From positions 1,991,544-2,055,543 of the forward strand of contig NW_003314269.1 in NCBI RefSeq assembly GCF_000143415.4: a stretch of DNA of 64,000 bases. Reading direction: 5' to 3'. A program made the translations under genes and the position numbers. This DNA is from Selaginella moellendorffii. Lineage: Eukaryota > Plantae > Lycopodiophyta. A model generated the notes under the pieces. The model was not told the origin of the DNA and ran no database searches. It worked only from the letters and a program-made list of their open reading frames with translations. Shown here piece by piece: positions 11,422-23,854 of this stretch. Position 1 is the stretch's first letter; the number at the start of each line of letters is the position of its first letter.

Positions 11422-14400
11422 AAAGCCTTTGAATTCACATCTAAATTTTTTGAGCTTTGCTAACCTCGTCAAAAGAAGGTAAATCTTGCTTACATCTTAT
11501 GGACATTGAACATCAAGTATAACAACCATTAATAATATAGAATCCTTATCCAAAAAGTTCACAAATGCAAGAACAATAAGTTTATTAAAAATATAAGAAG
11601 AGAGCGAAAAAGGAAGAGAAGCTTGAGAAAGGGCATCAACATCAACTATAGAACTCTTCAGGTGATGTACAATGTCAAAATCATTTATCTAAAGCTTTAA
11701 AGCCCACATAGCAGTATGACCAATTAAGTTCTTTTGCTTCAATTACGAAGTAACTACAATATGATCACCTTCTAGTAACGTCTGAAAACCATGTAGAGAT
11801 GCATAAAGTTTTTTAAAACCACAAACTACTACTAAACACTCCTCTATTGTGAAGTCGTTCATCTTCACTGGTTGTAATATATGGTTGATATATGCAATGA
11901 GATGTTCTTGACCAGGCACACTTAAACTTTCTTGCATTAACACACCTCCAAGACTGATATCAAAAGCATCCACGCGTAAAATGAAAAGTCAAGTATAGTT
12001 AGGATATGCCAAAACTGGAGGAGTCGTCAATAACTTTTTAAGATCTATAAACATTTACACGCAATCCATAGACTAGATGAAAGATGACGTTAAGGACTTC
12101 AGCAAGGTTCACAATGGTGCAATGCAATTAAAAAAATGATCAACAAAATGATTAAGATACTGCACCTTGCTTAAGAAGCATTACACATTATTCATACACT
12201 TTAGTGTAGGAAACTTTAGACTAGCCATAAATTTGTCAAGATCAACTTGCAAACCCTTATAAGAAATATGGTACCCAAGATAAGTCATGTCCTTGGACTT
12301 AAAGATGCATTTCGACCACTTTAGCTTTAAACCAACTTCCTAAAATTAATCCAACACTTTACGAAAATCACGGACGTGTGCCATGTCCCTTCTGAGTGGA
12401 TCAAAACATCATTAATGAAATCAATAATCACCTCCAACATATTGCAAAGAACCTCGTCCATCATTTGTTGGAAAGTTGCTAAAGCATTGTTTAAACCAAA
12501 TGACATCACTAAGAACTTGTACAAATGAAATAGTGTACAAAAAACAGTCTTAGGAATATTGTCTTTGGCTATCAGTACTTGTCAATAATCAAAAACAAGA
12601 TTTAACTTAGTGAACCGACAACTTCTCCCCAAATGATTCAAGAGATCAACAGTGTAAGGAATAGGGTACACATTTAAGATCATTATTTTGTTTAACGGAT
12701 GATAATCAATGCATAAATAATACTCCTATCAAGCTTTGTCACAAGATGAAATTCACACGCTTAAGGACTCCGTGACTTTTGAATAACACCTTTTTTCAAT
12801 ATCTCTTTAACATTTATATGTAAAATCTTAATCTCTTTGGGTGACCAATAAATAGGAACATAGATTGGATGAACATCCCCATTTGGAATAGGATGACTTG
12901 TTGCAATCTTAGCCCTAGATGACAGGTTAAATTCAAAAAGATCGGCATAATTTTTCATGAGCCGATCAACTACTATAACATAAAAACCATCAAAGGGATT
13001 GAAACAGGGAAAAAAAGAACAAGATGAAAATATAGAAGGAAGTAATGGGGAGACAAAAGTGATGGAAGTAAATGGATGAAAAGTAACATAAATAAGAGGA
13101 ATGGAAGAAATATAAAGAAGTATAAAACAAGGGGGAGAAGCTTCAAAGTCATATTTGGCATAATTGCACTATAACTAATCTATATTAAGGAAGCTTGACT
13201 CACCACCACTCGCAATGATTATAACTCAAGTATGAGACTGCCTATATACATAACTAGATCCACTCACCCCTACACATATGTGTATGGCTGTTGCCATAAA
13301 GAATGAAAATTGGCTATACCACACAATGCAAATGTAAATGGCAATATGTGGCAATAAATCAAGTAATAGAAGATTATATCAGCCACTCGAGTCCATATCA
13401 ACCAACATAGAGAGAAGAATAGGAGATTTATTATTATAAAAATAAGCTTGGAATGTAAATATTGGATGAATTGATATTGAATGAACCCCTTTATGATACT
13501 TCTGAAAGAAAGATGGAGGGATTAATAACTTATTTGCAAAAAATCCCTCTGCTACTCGTATGACTCTTTGTTTCTCAGAAGCATCTAGGTGTTTAGACAT
13601 TCCACTGTAGTAGTGCCAACAGGATGTTATTGATGTCAAGGTCTCCACTCAGGAAATGGAAGTTGCTAATTTAGAAAAAGCCAATAATGCCAATAAGTGT
13701 AACCAACTTCATCACATGCCTAACAACGGACATCATAGCCATGACCATGTCCTTGCCCTTGTCCTTGAACTCGGGCAGCAACAACATTAACCTCCATTGG
13801 AATAGAACCATTTTTTATAGGAGGTGGAGTTGAAGGATATGTAGCAGAAAGTGGAAAAGGTGATGTTTTATAACGTTGTGCCAAGCGAGGAGTATAGTCA
13901 AGGGTGGTAGGAGCAAGTGCATATATAAGTCCTAAAAAATCTTGATAAAGTGCTGGCCACAACATTCCCAACTTGATCCACTCCGACATATTTAAGTCCA
14001 CACAAAGTAAGAGGCTTCGGAAATGAATGCCAAATTGTATGATAGACTTAGACGCCCCTTGGTGAAGATGATGCAATTGTTAAAAGGCATTATTATAATT
14101 GTTAGCATGTTCAAATGCACATTTGAAGATGTCTCCAATAGATGGTGTTATAATGGTACAATGGTTTGAGCGTAGCCACTTATGAGGATTGGAGTATTCA
14201 TGGGAAATTTATGTATATGCCAAGCATCATCCTAAGCATAATATGTGGCAATCACTGTGAAGCAGTGTGTAACAAAGTCCGAGGCTCCTTTGTACCCCGC
14301 CGGTACCATTTCAGAATTGCCGGTACAAAACAAAGTTACAAGGATATACGACCGGTGCAAAAAATCTCGTATAAGGCTAGATCCGGTACGTTTGGATGTT

Positions 14401-14558
14401 ATAAGGAATCCTGCTGGTACATTCACCTACCTTTTGAGGATTAGGGTTTCATGGTTAATTATGTTTAATTAATTCTAATTAACAAGATTAAATAAATAAT
14501 CATCAATCTTAGTTAAAACTAACTAAACATAGTTACACTAAGTAAACCATGTCATTAA

Positions 14559-14636
14559 TCTAAGGTTAGAATATTCTTTCACAATGTTCACGTGGGCTCT
14601 AAGGTTAGAATATTCTTTCACAATGTTCACGTGGGC
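14559..14636 (+). promoter_or_regulatory. 39-bp exact tandem duplication upstream of the transposase ATG, each unit with an HSE-like AGAATATTCT and a G-box CACGTG
   Basis: TCTAAGGTTAGAATATTCTTTCACAATGTTCACGTGGGC occurs at 14559-14597 and 14598-14636, followed by GGGCGT repeats. The regulatory role is inferred. Confidence 0.55.
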
Positions 14637-14684
14637 GTGGGCGTGGGCGTGAACATAGATTTTGGTGGGGAGATCATCTGGGAA

Positions 14685-17012
14685 ATGGGGAGGGTGCCTG
14701 TAGGTAGGAGCAAGGCTGCTGCAAAAGCCATTGCTCAATCAAAACAATCTTTATTAAGTTTTGCCCCCATTGTGGAGAGAGGAGGTTTTGTAGATGAGGA
14801 CAACCTGGAGGGGATTGAGCCTGAGGAGGGATGTGAAGTGGGAGAAGGTGATGCTGCATCAGTAGAGGAGAAGGAGAAGAAAATTCGTAGGGGGAAGTGG
14901 CAACTTGCATGGGTCATAAAATGGCGGTGGTTGCATTTTGATCAGAAAAATGGTAATAATTTTCTTGATTTTTCATCTAATCCTACTTGCATTACAACAC
15001 TGATCTTCTGCTCAATATGCCGTGCCAACAAGAATTGCAAGAATCCATTTGGTACATCAGGTTCCACCAACATGAAGACTTCAAGTTTCCATGCTCATGG
15101 GCAAACAAAAGATCACAAGCATTCCATTTACATAGCTGAGGTGAAAGCTGGCGGTCAATCCTCCATGGCAGCTGCAAATGATCGGCAACAAGAGGCAGCA
15201 GAGAAGGGAGTTATTTGCTTGTTTAGGACTGCTTATGCTATTGCACAAGGTTTTGTTCCTCTTCGCAAATACCCATTGCTTCTGGAGCTACAACAGTTGA
15301 ACGGAGTTTATGTTCCTAGCATGTACAAGAACGTGATGGCCTGCTCACGCTTCATCACTTTCATCAACAAGGTGAGCTAAAGTTTGATGATAAACCTTGA
15401 CTGAATTTTGTTGTGTAGGTGCTCTTAGATCAAATTTTGGAGAAAGTTAAAGCTAGCCCATTCTTTGGAATAATGCTAGATGAGAGCACGGATATAAGGT
15501 AAAGCTGATTAGTGATATTCTTGGTTCTAAATTTGTTAATGCAGTACCAGTAAACACCTCATCTTTTACGTGACCTACATCCACGACACAAGGGTGTTGA
15601 CAAGCTATTTAGGCTTGTCAATGGTGAACAATAGTTCTGCAGAGGTGATTTTTAACACCACCATAGCTTCACTACAGGATTGGGGGCTGGATATGAGCAG
15701 GTTTGTGGGGTTTGGTTCAGACGGCTGCAATGTTATGACAGGAAACAGGACAGGGGTTGCAGCAAGGTTGAAGGAGGTCAATCCATTCATGACCTCCACA
15801 CATTGTCTTTCACACAGAGCTAACTTATGTGTGGAGGACGTCTACAAGAATCCAACAGTTCATAATCTTTGCGATGAAGTGGATCAGGTGGTGAACAAGG
15901 TAGCCAGTTTTTTCTCAAGGAGTTCTAGCAGGTTGCAGCAGCTACAGGCACTACAGGACGAGCTAGACTTCAAGGTGCTGAAGGTGTTGCGGATCCAGCA
16001 GACACGTTGGTTGAGCAAGGGTGGAGCCATTACCAGGATGTGTGAGTGTCTGGAACCACTACTCAAGTTTTTTAAGGACGGGAGAACAACTCAAACAAGG
16101 AAGTTGTATGACCGTCTCAGGAGTTTGAAGTTCCTTTATGCACTCCACTTTCTAGGAGATATCTTGGCAGTGGTAAATCAGCTGAACCTGGAGTTTCAAG
16201 CACAGACTATGGACGTGACTAGTGTTGCACCTTTATGCAAGGCAACTATGGCCAAGATACAGGTATACTATTTGGATAAGCAGGTGGATTTGAATGGTTT
16301 TCAGTTGGATAGCAGAGGATATCCTATAATCCCAGATGGTGGACGCTGCAATGGTCCTTTGGATGAGCTCAGGTCATCAGTTAAGGGAAACGAATACAGA
16401 GACGTGGAAATGATCAAGTCGATTCACGGAGAAGATTTGGAGGAGGTACTAGAGTTTCAAAAGAACTTTGGCACTAGTCTTTTGGAGGGTATAAGGACCA
16501 GGTTACAGGACTCTGAGGCGACTGGTATTCTCTCCAAGTTCCACTTTTTAGCTCCTATCAACTTACCTTCATCAGTGCGTGAGTTGAAAGCTTTTGGTAA
16601 GTTTGAGGTTCAGGAACTTGGAAAGTTCTACACAGGGATGATCAATGAAGCAGAGCTGGCTGAAGAGTACAGTTTATGGAAGATAATAGCTTCCGAGGAG
16701 TGGAAGGGGAAAACTTTCGTGGATGTTTGGGGAATGATTTATGCTCACAGTATCTGGACGAAGAAGTATCCCAACTTGCTGAAGTTGGCAATGGTCGGCA
16801 TGGTTCAATGCTACAACACTGCATCATGTGAGCGTGGGTTTAGTAGAATCAACTTGGTGAAGAATAAGTTTCAAAACCAGATGGGGACGGAGATGGTTGA
16901 CAAGCTTGTGAGGATCTCCATTGAGGGTCCGCCAATAGCTAAGTTTGATTTTGAAACAGTGGTGCAAGCATGGAAGGAAGGTGCAGCTTATAGGCATATT
17001 TATACAAGCTAA
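14685..17012 (+). CDS. hAT transposase, ZNF862-like, about 744 aa; exons 14685-15371, 15419-15498, 15545-17012
   Basis: TTF-type Zn finger (WVIKWRWL, CSIC, HGQTKDH); catalytic D in MLDESTD (exon 2); GSDG; HCLSH; TRW; C-terminal dimerisation domain TASCERGFS. GT-AG introns of 47 and 46 nt keep the frame. Confidence 0.92.
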
Positions 17013-17779
17013 AGTGACGGTTTGTAGATGTTTAACTTCCTTATAGTTTTCATATATTAAGGAATTTATCCGAATGAGATTTCCTCTTTTAAGGATTATG
17101 CCGGTACAAAAAAAATATATCCTATTCATTTTAAGTATTCAAGGATTTTTTCCAGTACACTAAAAATACTTTGTTACACACTGTTGTGAAGTGATCAAAC
17201 CAATGGTACATATCATCCCCAAGCTTCACACAAAAGAACTTTGGCTGGACTCAAAGATTGACAATAAGAGTAGGAGGAGTTATACCATATGCCATGAATG
17301 CCACCATCAATTGAGTCTGATTGTTCAATTGGAACCACATAGCATTAAGGAATTACACAAATTGCTACTCTGGAGCCAAAGGAGGAGGAGGCTCATGCTT
17401 TCTTATGAAAATGAATGAAAAGGAAAAAATCAAAAAAGAAGAAATTAAAAAAGTTTTAAAGAAAGGGACATTTAGACAATGTAAAAGCCAAATCTATAGC
17501 AAAATCCCAAAATCCAAACATCTTTTAGGGACAATCAAGGCTGCCACTCATCTTCACCAATCTGAGTGTATAAAATATAGAAATGAAATACAGAAATGTG
17601 TATATTAATTAGCCTAAAAATTCTAACTTATATACATCCGAATTGAAATCAATCCAACAGCTATTAAAATCCCATTATGCTAATATTAGTGTATGGTATT
17701 ATAGTTGTACATTTGGACCTCACAACTATATTTTATCATTATTACATTTATTATACCAATATAAAATTGGAGATGCTAG

Positions 17780-19512
17780 TGTGAGACACAAAATCCCTAG
17801 GCCCCAAAGAGGAGCCGAAAGGGTGCCATGTGGTAGTGGCTAAGGTAGAAAGCCAAATGAATGTAACACATTTGGACTAAAATCTCTGACTTTAAAAGTT
17901 GAGAGCGGGAGTGGAACTCCCAACGAAGTGCTCAAGGAATGAACACGAAGCAAGTAAGAAGTGAGTCTCTACAAAAAAGGAACACAAGAGGACCAACACA
18001 TGACACATGGAAGTGTTCGTGATGGAGTTCGAGAAGGAGTCCAAGATAAATTTTGAAATGGAGTCTAAGAAGGAGTCCGAGATAGAGTCCAAAATGAAGT
18101 CCAAAAAGGAGTCCGAAATGGAGCCCAAGAAGGAGTCCAAAATAGAGTCCGAGATGGACCTAAGATGGAGTCCAAGATACACCCAAGATAAAGTCCGAAA
18201 TGGAATCCAAGATAGACCCAAGATAAAGTCTGAAATAAAGTCCAAGATGGAGTCCAAGGTGAAGTTCGAGATGGACCTGAGATGGAGTCCAAGATGCACC
18301 TAAGATAGAGTCCGAGATGGACTAAAGATGGAGTCCAAGATGGACCTGAGATAGAGTTTGAGATGGAGTTTGAGATGGAATTGAGACCAAGATTGAGACC
18401 AAGACCTAGGCTGAGACCAAGACTGAGACTGAGACTGAGTTTGAGTCTAAGACTAAGATGGAGACCCAATTTGAGTCTGAGACCGAGTCTGAGACCAAGT
18501 CCGAGTCTGAGTTCAAATACAAATATAGGTTATTGGGTGAAAACTTAAAGCGATCATCCCTTGAGGGGGGGGGGGGGGGGTGGTGGTGGTGGTGGTCAGG
18601 GTTATAGGGGGCTGGAGGGGGTTGGAGTCCAATGGAACCAATTTGGCTATGAAAGGCCAGTGTAGCCCAAGAAGGCTATACCCATATGTTAGGTGATGGG
18701 AAGTCCAAGGTTAAAGTGAATACAGACAGACAAGCAGGGTAGTTTAGTGAAGTGTTTAAGAGTTGGCTCTAACTCCTTCGGGAGATTAAATGGTTGATGC
18801 TCCCAGTCTAAGTGTGGGTGGCACTACCTACTTGGATACCTAGCGTGGCTTATTAAAACCTTGCTCTATCCACCTGGCTAAGGCACCCAATTATGAATGG
18901 TGGGGAGAGTATCCACAAGGCTCGTGTAGGGCTGTGATGTTTCAAAATGTTGTCCTAAAGTCTTAGACTAAAGAAAGGAAAAGGAACAGTCTTCTTGTGT
19001 GGTGACTAAGGACGCGGTCATGTGGCAAGGAATTCTTGGGCCTATACGCCATGATCCAGTAGCAGTGTTGGTGAATATGGCTGGCTGTGAACGGAAAGGG
19101 GTTTGGTGGGGACTGAAAAAAGCGATATTAGGGAAAGTTGTTCCTCATATCTGCAAGCATCCAGAGGATGCTAAGACGTGGATCTAGGATGATCACTCAT
19201 GGAAGGATAGCCTAGTCTTTGAGAGACGGGACTATGATGTAAGTGGTGTTGGATTACCGATATGGCAAAAGGGAAGGGGCATGGCCTTAACGTAATGGGC
19301 TGATATGTTAGTGGCACCTTTATGTGTCAGTCATAAGATCGGACACATGGAGCACTTGTACCAAGTGAAATGGTTGAGTGGTATGCCATTCTTTAGGCTA
19401 GCAAGTCCCTAAGTCTAGAATAAGACTTATGGAGGTTGTGAGTGAGACTCCTCAAAGTGGTTGAAAGTGTGATTAAGTGATTAAAGTAGAATGGAAAATT
19501 TAGTCGTTTACA
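17780..19512 (+). mobile_element. Solo LTR (family B, copy 2), 1733 bp, inverted relative to copy 1
   Basis: TGTGAGACAC...TTTACA ends. Flanks GCTAG/GCCAA fit a decayed 5-bp TSD. Colinear with the reverse complement of 9804-11421. Hexamer array at about 18020-18515 and G-run at 18565-18625. Confidence 0.85.
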
Positions 19513-20132
19513 GCCAAAAGGTTGCATGGTTAAACTACGCTAAGAGGCAATCTCTAACCCTTAGATACCATTCATCTTCTTAACTTTGAAGAGTGTAATA
19601 TGCACATATATAGTGCAAAGGGATTCGAATTATACTTATGGAAAACTCTAATGTTTCAATTTTCAATGATAGTCCTGCTTCGCTAACACACTTTCAGTTG
19701 AGCTTCATTATTAACTTGACCTTCAAGTCTAGAAGTATTGTATTATGCTTCAAAAACTGAAATTGAGAATTCTAACTGTATCATAGTAGCTAGTACCCTA
19801 AAAAACTCCATCAAAGTTTCAAAGCTTCTATAAATGTCATTAAAAATAACATTATATATTAATGTATCAAATCCAAAATAAAATGAACAGTAACTTATTC
19901 TATTATTAGTAGGGATATATTTGTAACTTCAAAATAAACTATAGATTTACATTTCACTCTTTCCTTAGCCTTCTAACAATATTGTGATACAACAACAAAA
20001 TGACTTGATGATGGTATCAATAAATGCGGGAATGCAAAAGATAGAGTAGCAGTGAATCATAAAAACTGGATCATAATAATAATTATCATAATCAGAAGCA
20101 TCATTTTGTGATTCGCTTTCTAGGATACAAAT

Positions 20133-20983
20133 GTGCGTATAGCGACAACGGTAACAACTGTGCAAGCCAACAATAGTATAAAGGTGATCAAGGTGCGAAT
20201 TCCTCCAACAAGGCTGCCAGTAGAGAAGATTTACAAGCAATTAGAGAGGTATGGGCTTCACAGTGCCCTTGAAGTGGATGGGTTTTCTGTCATTGACAAC
20301 GACATAGTGTTTGCTAAAGATCACCTCATCTACATTCCTAAACTGAGTGCAACTCAAGTAGAAGATGGCATACCTTAGATATAGTGAGTGTTGGTTTGCT
20401 TTCCCGTACTTCTCATCACTAGATGAAGGGTTGATTTCATGTTTACTCTCTTTCTTTTGGTCTACTTGTGTGGGTTATGTACTCGGGTATAGTGTGCTAT
20501 GTTCTTTTGACATGCTATAAGTGTTTGGCATGGTTGTGCCTGGATCTGACTCTCTATTTGAGGTGCTTGATGTGGCTATTGTCTTTCCATTTTGGTTGTC
20601 TTCCCCCATCCCTGGTAGCCTTGTGCCTTGGATCTTTGTGTTATGGCTATGGTGGTGTGTGAGGTGACCTTGTACCCATTGCTGCTGGTGACCCTAAACA
20701 AGAGGCTCCAAGCTTGGTGACAAGTGAAGGGATTATCTGTTGCATGTACAGTGAACCTCATTGCAAGTGTTGCAAATATGAAGAGGGGCATACTAACACT
20801 CAGATAGTTCCCATAGTCGCAAGGTCCACCTGGAGAGGAATGAAATAGGAGGCATAATAAGAACATAGTTTTCTTTTATCACTTACTGCTAGTTTTTGAG
20901 GAGATCCAGCTTGAAGGATTAGAAATAAAAGGAATGGAATGAGTTGGTAGGTTGGCTGCTTTTGCAGGCCTTCAAAATGCCTA
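20133..20983 (+). pseudogene. Possible decayed host gene of unknown family trapped in the TE island
   Basis: Protein-like 81-codon ORF (VKVRIPP-like...LEVDGFSVIDND), GTGAGT donor near 20384, and downstream coding-like blocks whose stops could derive from CGA/CAG by C-to-T. No family recognised. Confidence 0.3.
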
Positions 20984-23854
20984 GTAAGGGGATCTATTGT
21001 AGCACTAAAGAGCGATGTGACTCATATGTATATTACATTACTCATGAAGCCATCTTATATGAAAAATAGTCAATGCACTATCATGTAAGTGACTTATCCA
21101 TTTTTATTTTTTCTTTTCAATGAACCTCCTCATGTGCAACAAGAGATGACAAAATGGTTACAAAATTACTATTAAACAAACTAAACATTATTACATGCAA
21201 TGAGTAGTGTAAGTGCATAGAATATGGAAAGGGAATACAGAAATGTGCATATCACAATGTGAATGCATGGAATATGGAAAGGGAATACAAAAATGTGCAT
21301 ATCAATTAGCCCAAAAACCATAGCTTATATACAGAAGTGAGTGGTCCGGATTTAAACCAATCTAACGGCTACTAAAATCCCACTACGCTAATATTAGTAT
21401 GCGGCATCGTAGCCGTACACTTGGCCCTCACATCATCCCCTCCTCTTGGAATAATGGAAGACCATCAGGGTTCTCTTGTAGATGGGCCGGGATCTAGAGG
21501 AATGTCAGGAGGAGGCATCGGTGGATCTTTATGTGGTATTAACTGCTCCTGATCCCTTTGTATCAAGCATTTCAACTGCTGCACATGCACAATCTCTAAA
21601 GGATTGACTTGCTGGATGTCATGCCAAACCTTATAAACTTGTGGTCCAACTTGCCGCAACACCCGATATGGTCCTTTCTACTGCGCAAAGAGACCCTTAG
21701 ATAAACCACATACCGTGGATTAACACCAAATCATCCACCTTGTACTCTGCAGGTGGACGATGATGGGGGTTGTACTGCCGTTGTTATCCCACTTGTACGC
21801 AGCTTAAGTGTTCGGCAGACTCCGCTCGAACAAGTGGAAGAATGCTTGTCAAATACTAATCCCATGACCTAGCAACCGCAGCTTGTGGCAATTGCAAAGG
21901 TAAACCCAGCTTCGTTGGTAATCTTGGATCATGACCATATAGGAGTTCATAGGGTGAAGCACCAATAGAACTCTGCACCCCTGTGACATATGCATACCAA
22001 AGAGACGGCAAATAACCATCCCAATCCGAATGCTGAAAGTTCACATACTTCGCAATCATCCCCTTGAATGTTTGAATGAGCCGTTCCACCAGATCGTTTG
22101 ATTGTGGATGATAAGCACTTATGAAAGTGTGGTGTATCCCCAATCGAAACGTCAAAATATGAAATGCCTCAGCCATAAATGTGGGATCATTATCTGAAAG
22201 AATCTACTCTAGACAAGAATGCTGGAACACCACTCGATTGAGAAGGAAGTATCCAACAGCAGTTGCAGAGGCGCTAGCAAAAGCACCAATTTCGACCCAA
22301 TGAGTCAAGTAGTTAGAAGCAATAATAACATACTCATTGCCAGCAGTTGACCGTGGAAAAGGTCCCATAAGATCAAATGCCACCAACTCAAACGGACGGG
22401 AAACTGCAATTGACTCCAACCATCATTCTGTAGCTCGACGGGGAGTATTATGAGCTTGGCACCAAACGCAGCTACGCACATATCGGATAATATCATGTCG
22501 CATCTCCGGCCAATAGAAAGACCTACACAGCTTCTCGGTTACACGACGATATCCCATATGCCCACCTAAAACAAGAGAATTATGGTAGGCATAGAGAAAC
22601 TGCGGAATAAAGATAGAAGGCACTACCAGCCATAAATGATCATCAAGATCCGTCCCCACAAAATAAAGAAGGCTATCTTCAAGATGATATTGAGAATGTA
22701 AATGCCGGAAAGGCAAGTCATCAGCAAGTGATGCAAGATTCTCAAACCCATCTCGAAGCCTTCGAATCCATGGCTCAATCTTTTGAGCCTCACGAACCTC
22801 ATCAAGAGAAGGTGGATCTTGCTCTATACCTTGTGGACACTGAATGTCAAGTACAGCAACCGCCGGCAGCACAGAATCCTTGTCTAGAAAATCCACAGAG
22901 GCTGGAATAATAGGCTCATCAAAAACATGAGAAGAGAATGGAGAAGGAGGAGGAGCTCGAGAAAGGGCATCAACATCAGCCATAGAACTCTCTAAGTGAT
23001 AAACAACAACAAAATTATATATCTGAAGCTTCAAAGCCCATCGAGTAGTAAGATTAACCAGGTTCTTCTGCTTCAATAATAAAGTAACAATAGCATGATC
23101 ACCTTCAAGTAGCATTCGAGAACCATGCAAATATGCATGAAGTTTCTTGAAACCCTAAACTACTGTTAAACACTCTTTCTTTGTCGTGGAGTAGTTCATT
23201 TCCGCTGGTTGTAATGTACGGCTTATATACTTATATATGCAATGGGATGGCGCTAACCAAACACACTCGAGCTCTCTTGCATTAACACATCGCCAAGACC
23301 AATGTCAGAAGCATCCACACGCAAAATAAAAGGTCAAGTGTAGTCAAGATATGCCAAAACCGAAGGAGTCTTCAACAACCCTTTGAGATCCTTGAACACC
23401 CGCTCACAATCCGGAGACTAGATGAAAGATGATGTTGATGACTTCAGCAACGCTCGCAATGGTGTAGTGCGATAAAAAAGATGATCCACAAAACGACTGA
23501 GATATTGCACCTTGCCCAAGAAGCACTACACATCATTCACACACTTCAGAGTAGGGAACTTTAGAATAACCACAAATTTGTCAGGATTAACTTGCAAACC
23601 CTCACGAGAAATACGGTACCCAAGATAAGTTGTATCTTTGGACCCAAACACGCACTTCGACCGCTTCAACTTTAAACCAACGTCACATAGTCGATCCAAC
23701 GCTCCTCCCACGTCCCCTTCGAGTGGATCAAGACATCATCAATAAAGTCAGCAGTCATCTCCGGCATATCGCAAAGAACCTCGTCCATCATCTGCTAAAA
23801 AGTTGCTGGAGCATTGTTCAAACCAAATGGCATCACCAAGAACTCGTACAAACT

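Larger units (their letters stand above)
14263..17183 (+). mobile_element. Complete hAT-superfamily DNA transposon, 2921 bp
   Basis: Perfect 16-bp TIRs CAGTGTGTAACAAAGT (14263-14278) and ACTTTGTTACACACTG (17168-17183). 8-bp TSD CTGTGAAG/TTGTGAAG (14255-14262, 17184-17191). Subterminal CCGGTAC-like motifs at both ends. The gag host sequence rejoins across it (compare 26880-26920). Confidence 0.95.
8421..17724 (-). mobile_element. Degenerate Ty3/gypsy LTR retrotransposon (family A, copy 1) with nested solo LTR and hAT insertions
   Basis: 5' LTR 17561-17724 with PBS 17541-17560; remnant 3' LTR 8421-8459 next to PPT (catcccctcctctt). Order on the minus strand is gag, decayed zinc knuckle, protease-like LVDMDSSG, RT (MSFGLNNA, DFINDVLIHS), RNase H (DAFDISLGGVL), integrase. 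Many stop codons. Confidence 0.85.

Noticed and set aside
23725-23760. FIDD instead of YxDD in the RT active site
   Set aside because: FIDD/FMDD is normal in many plant Ty3/gypsy lineages.
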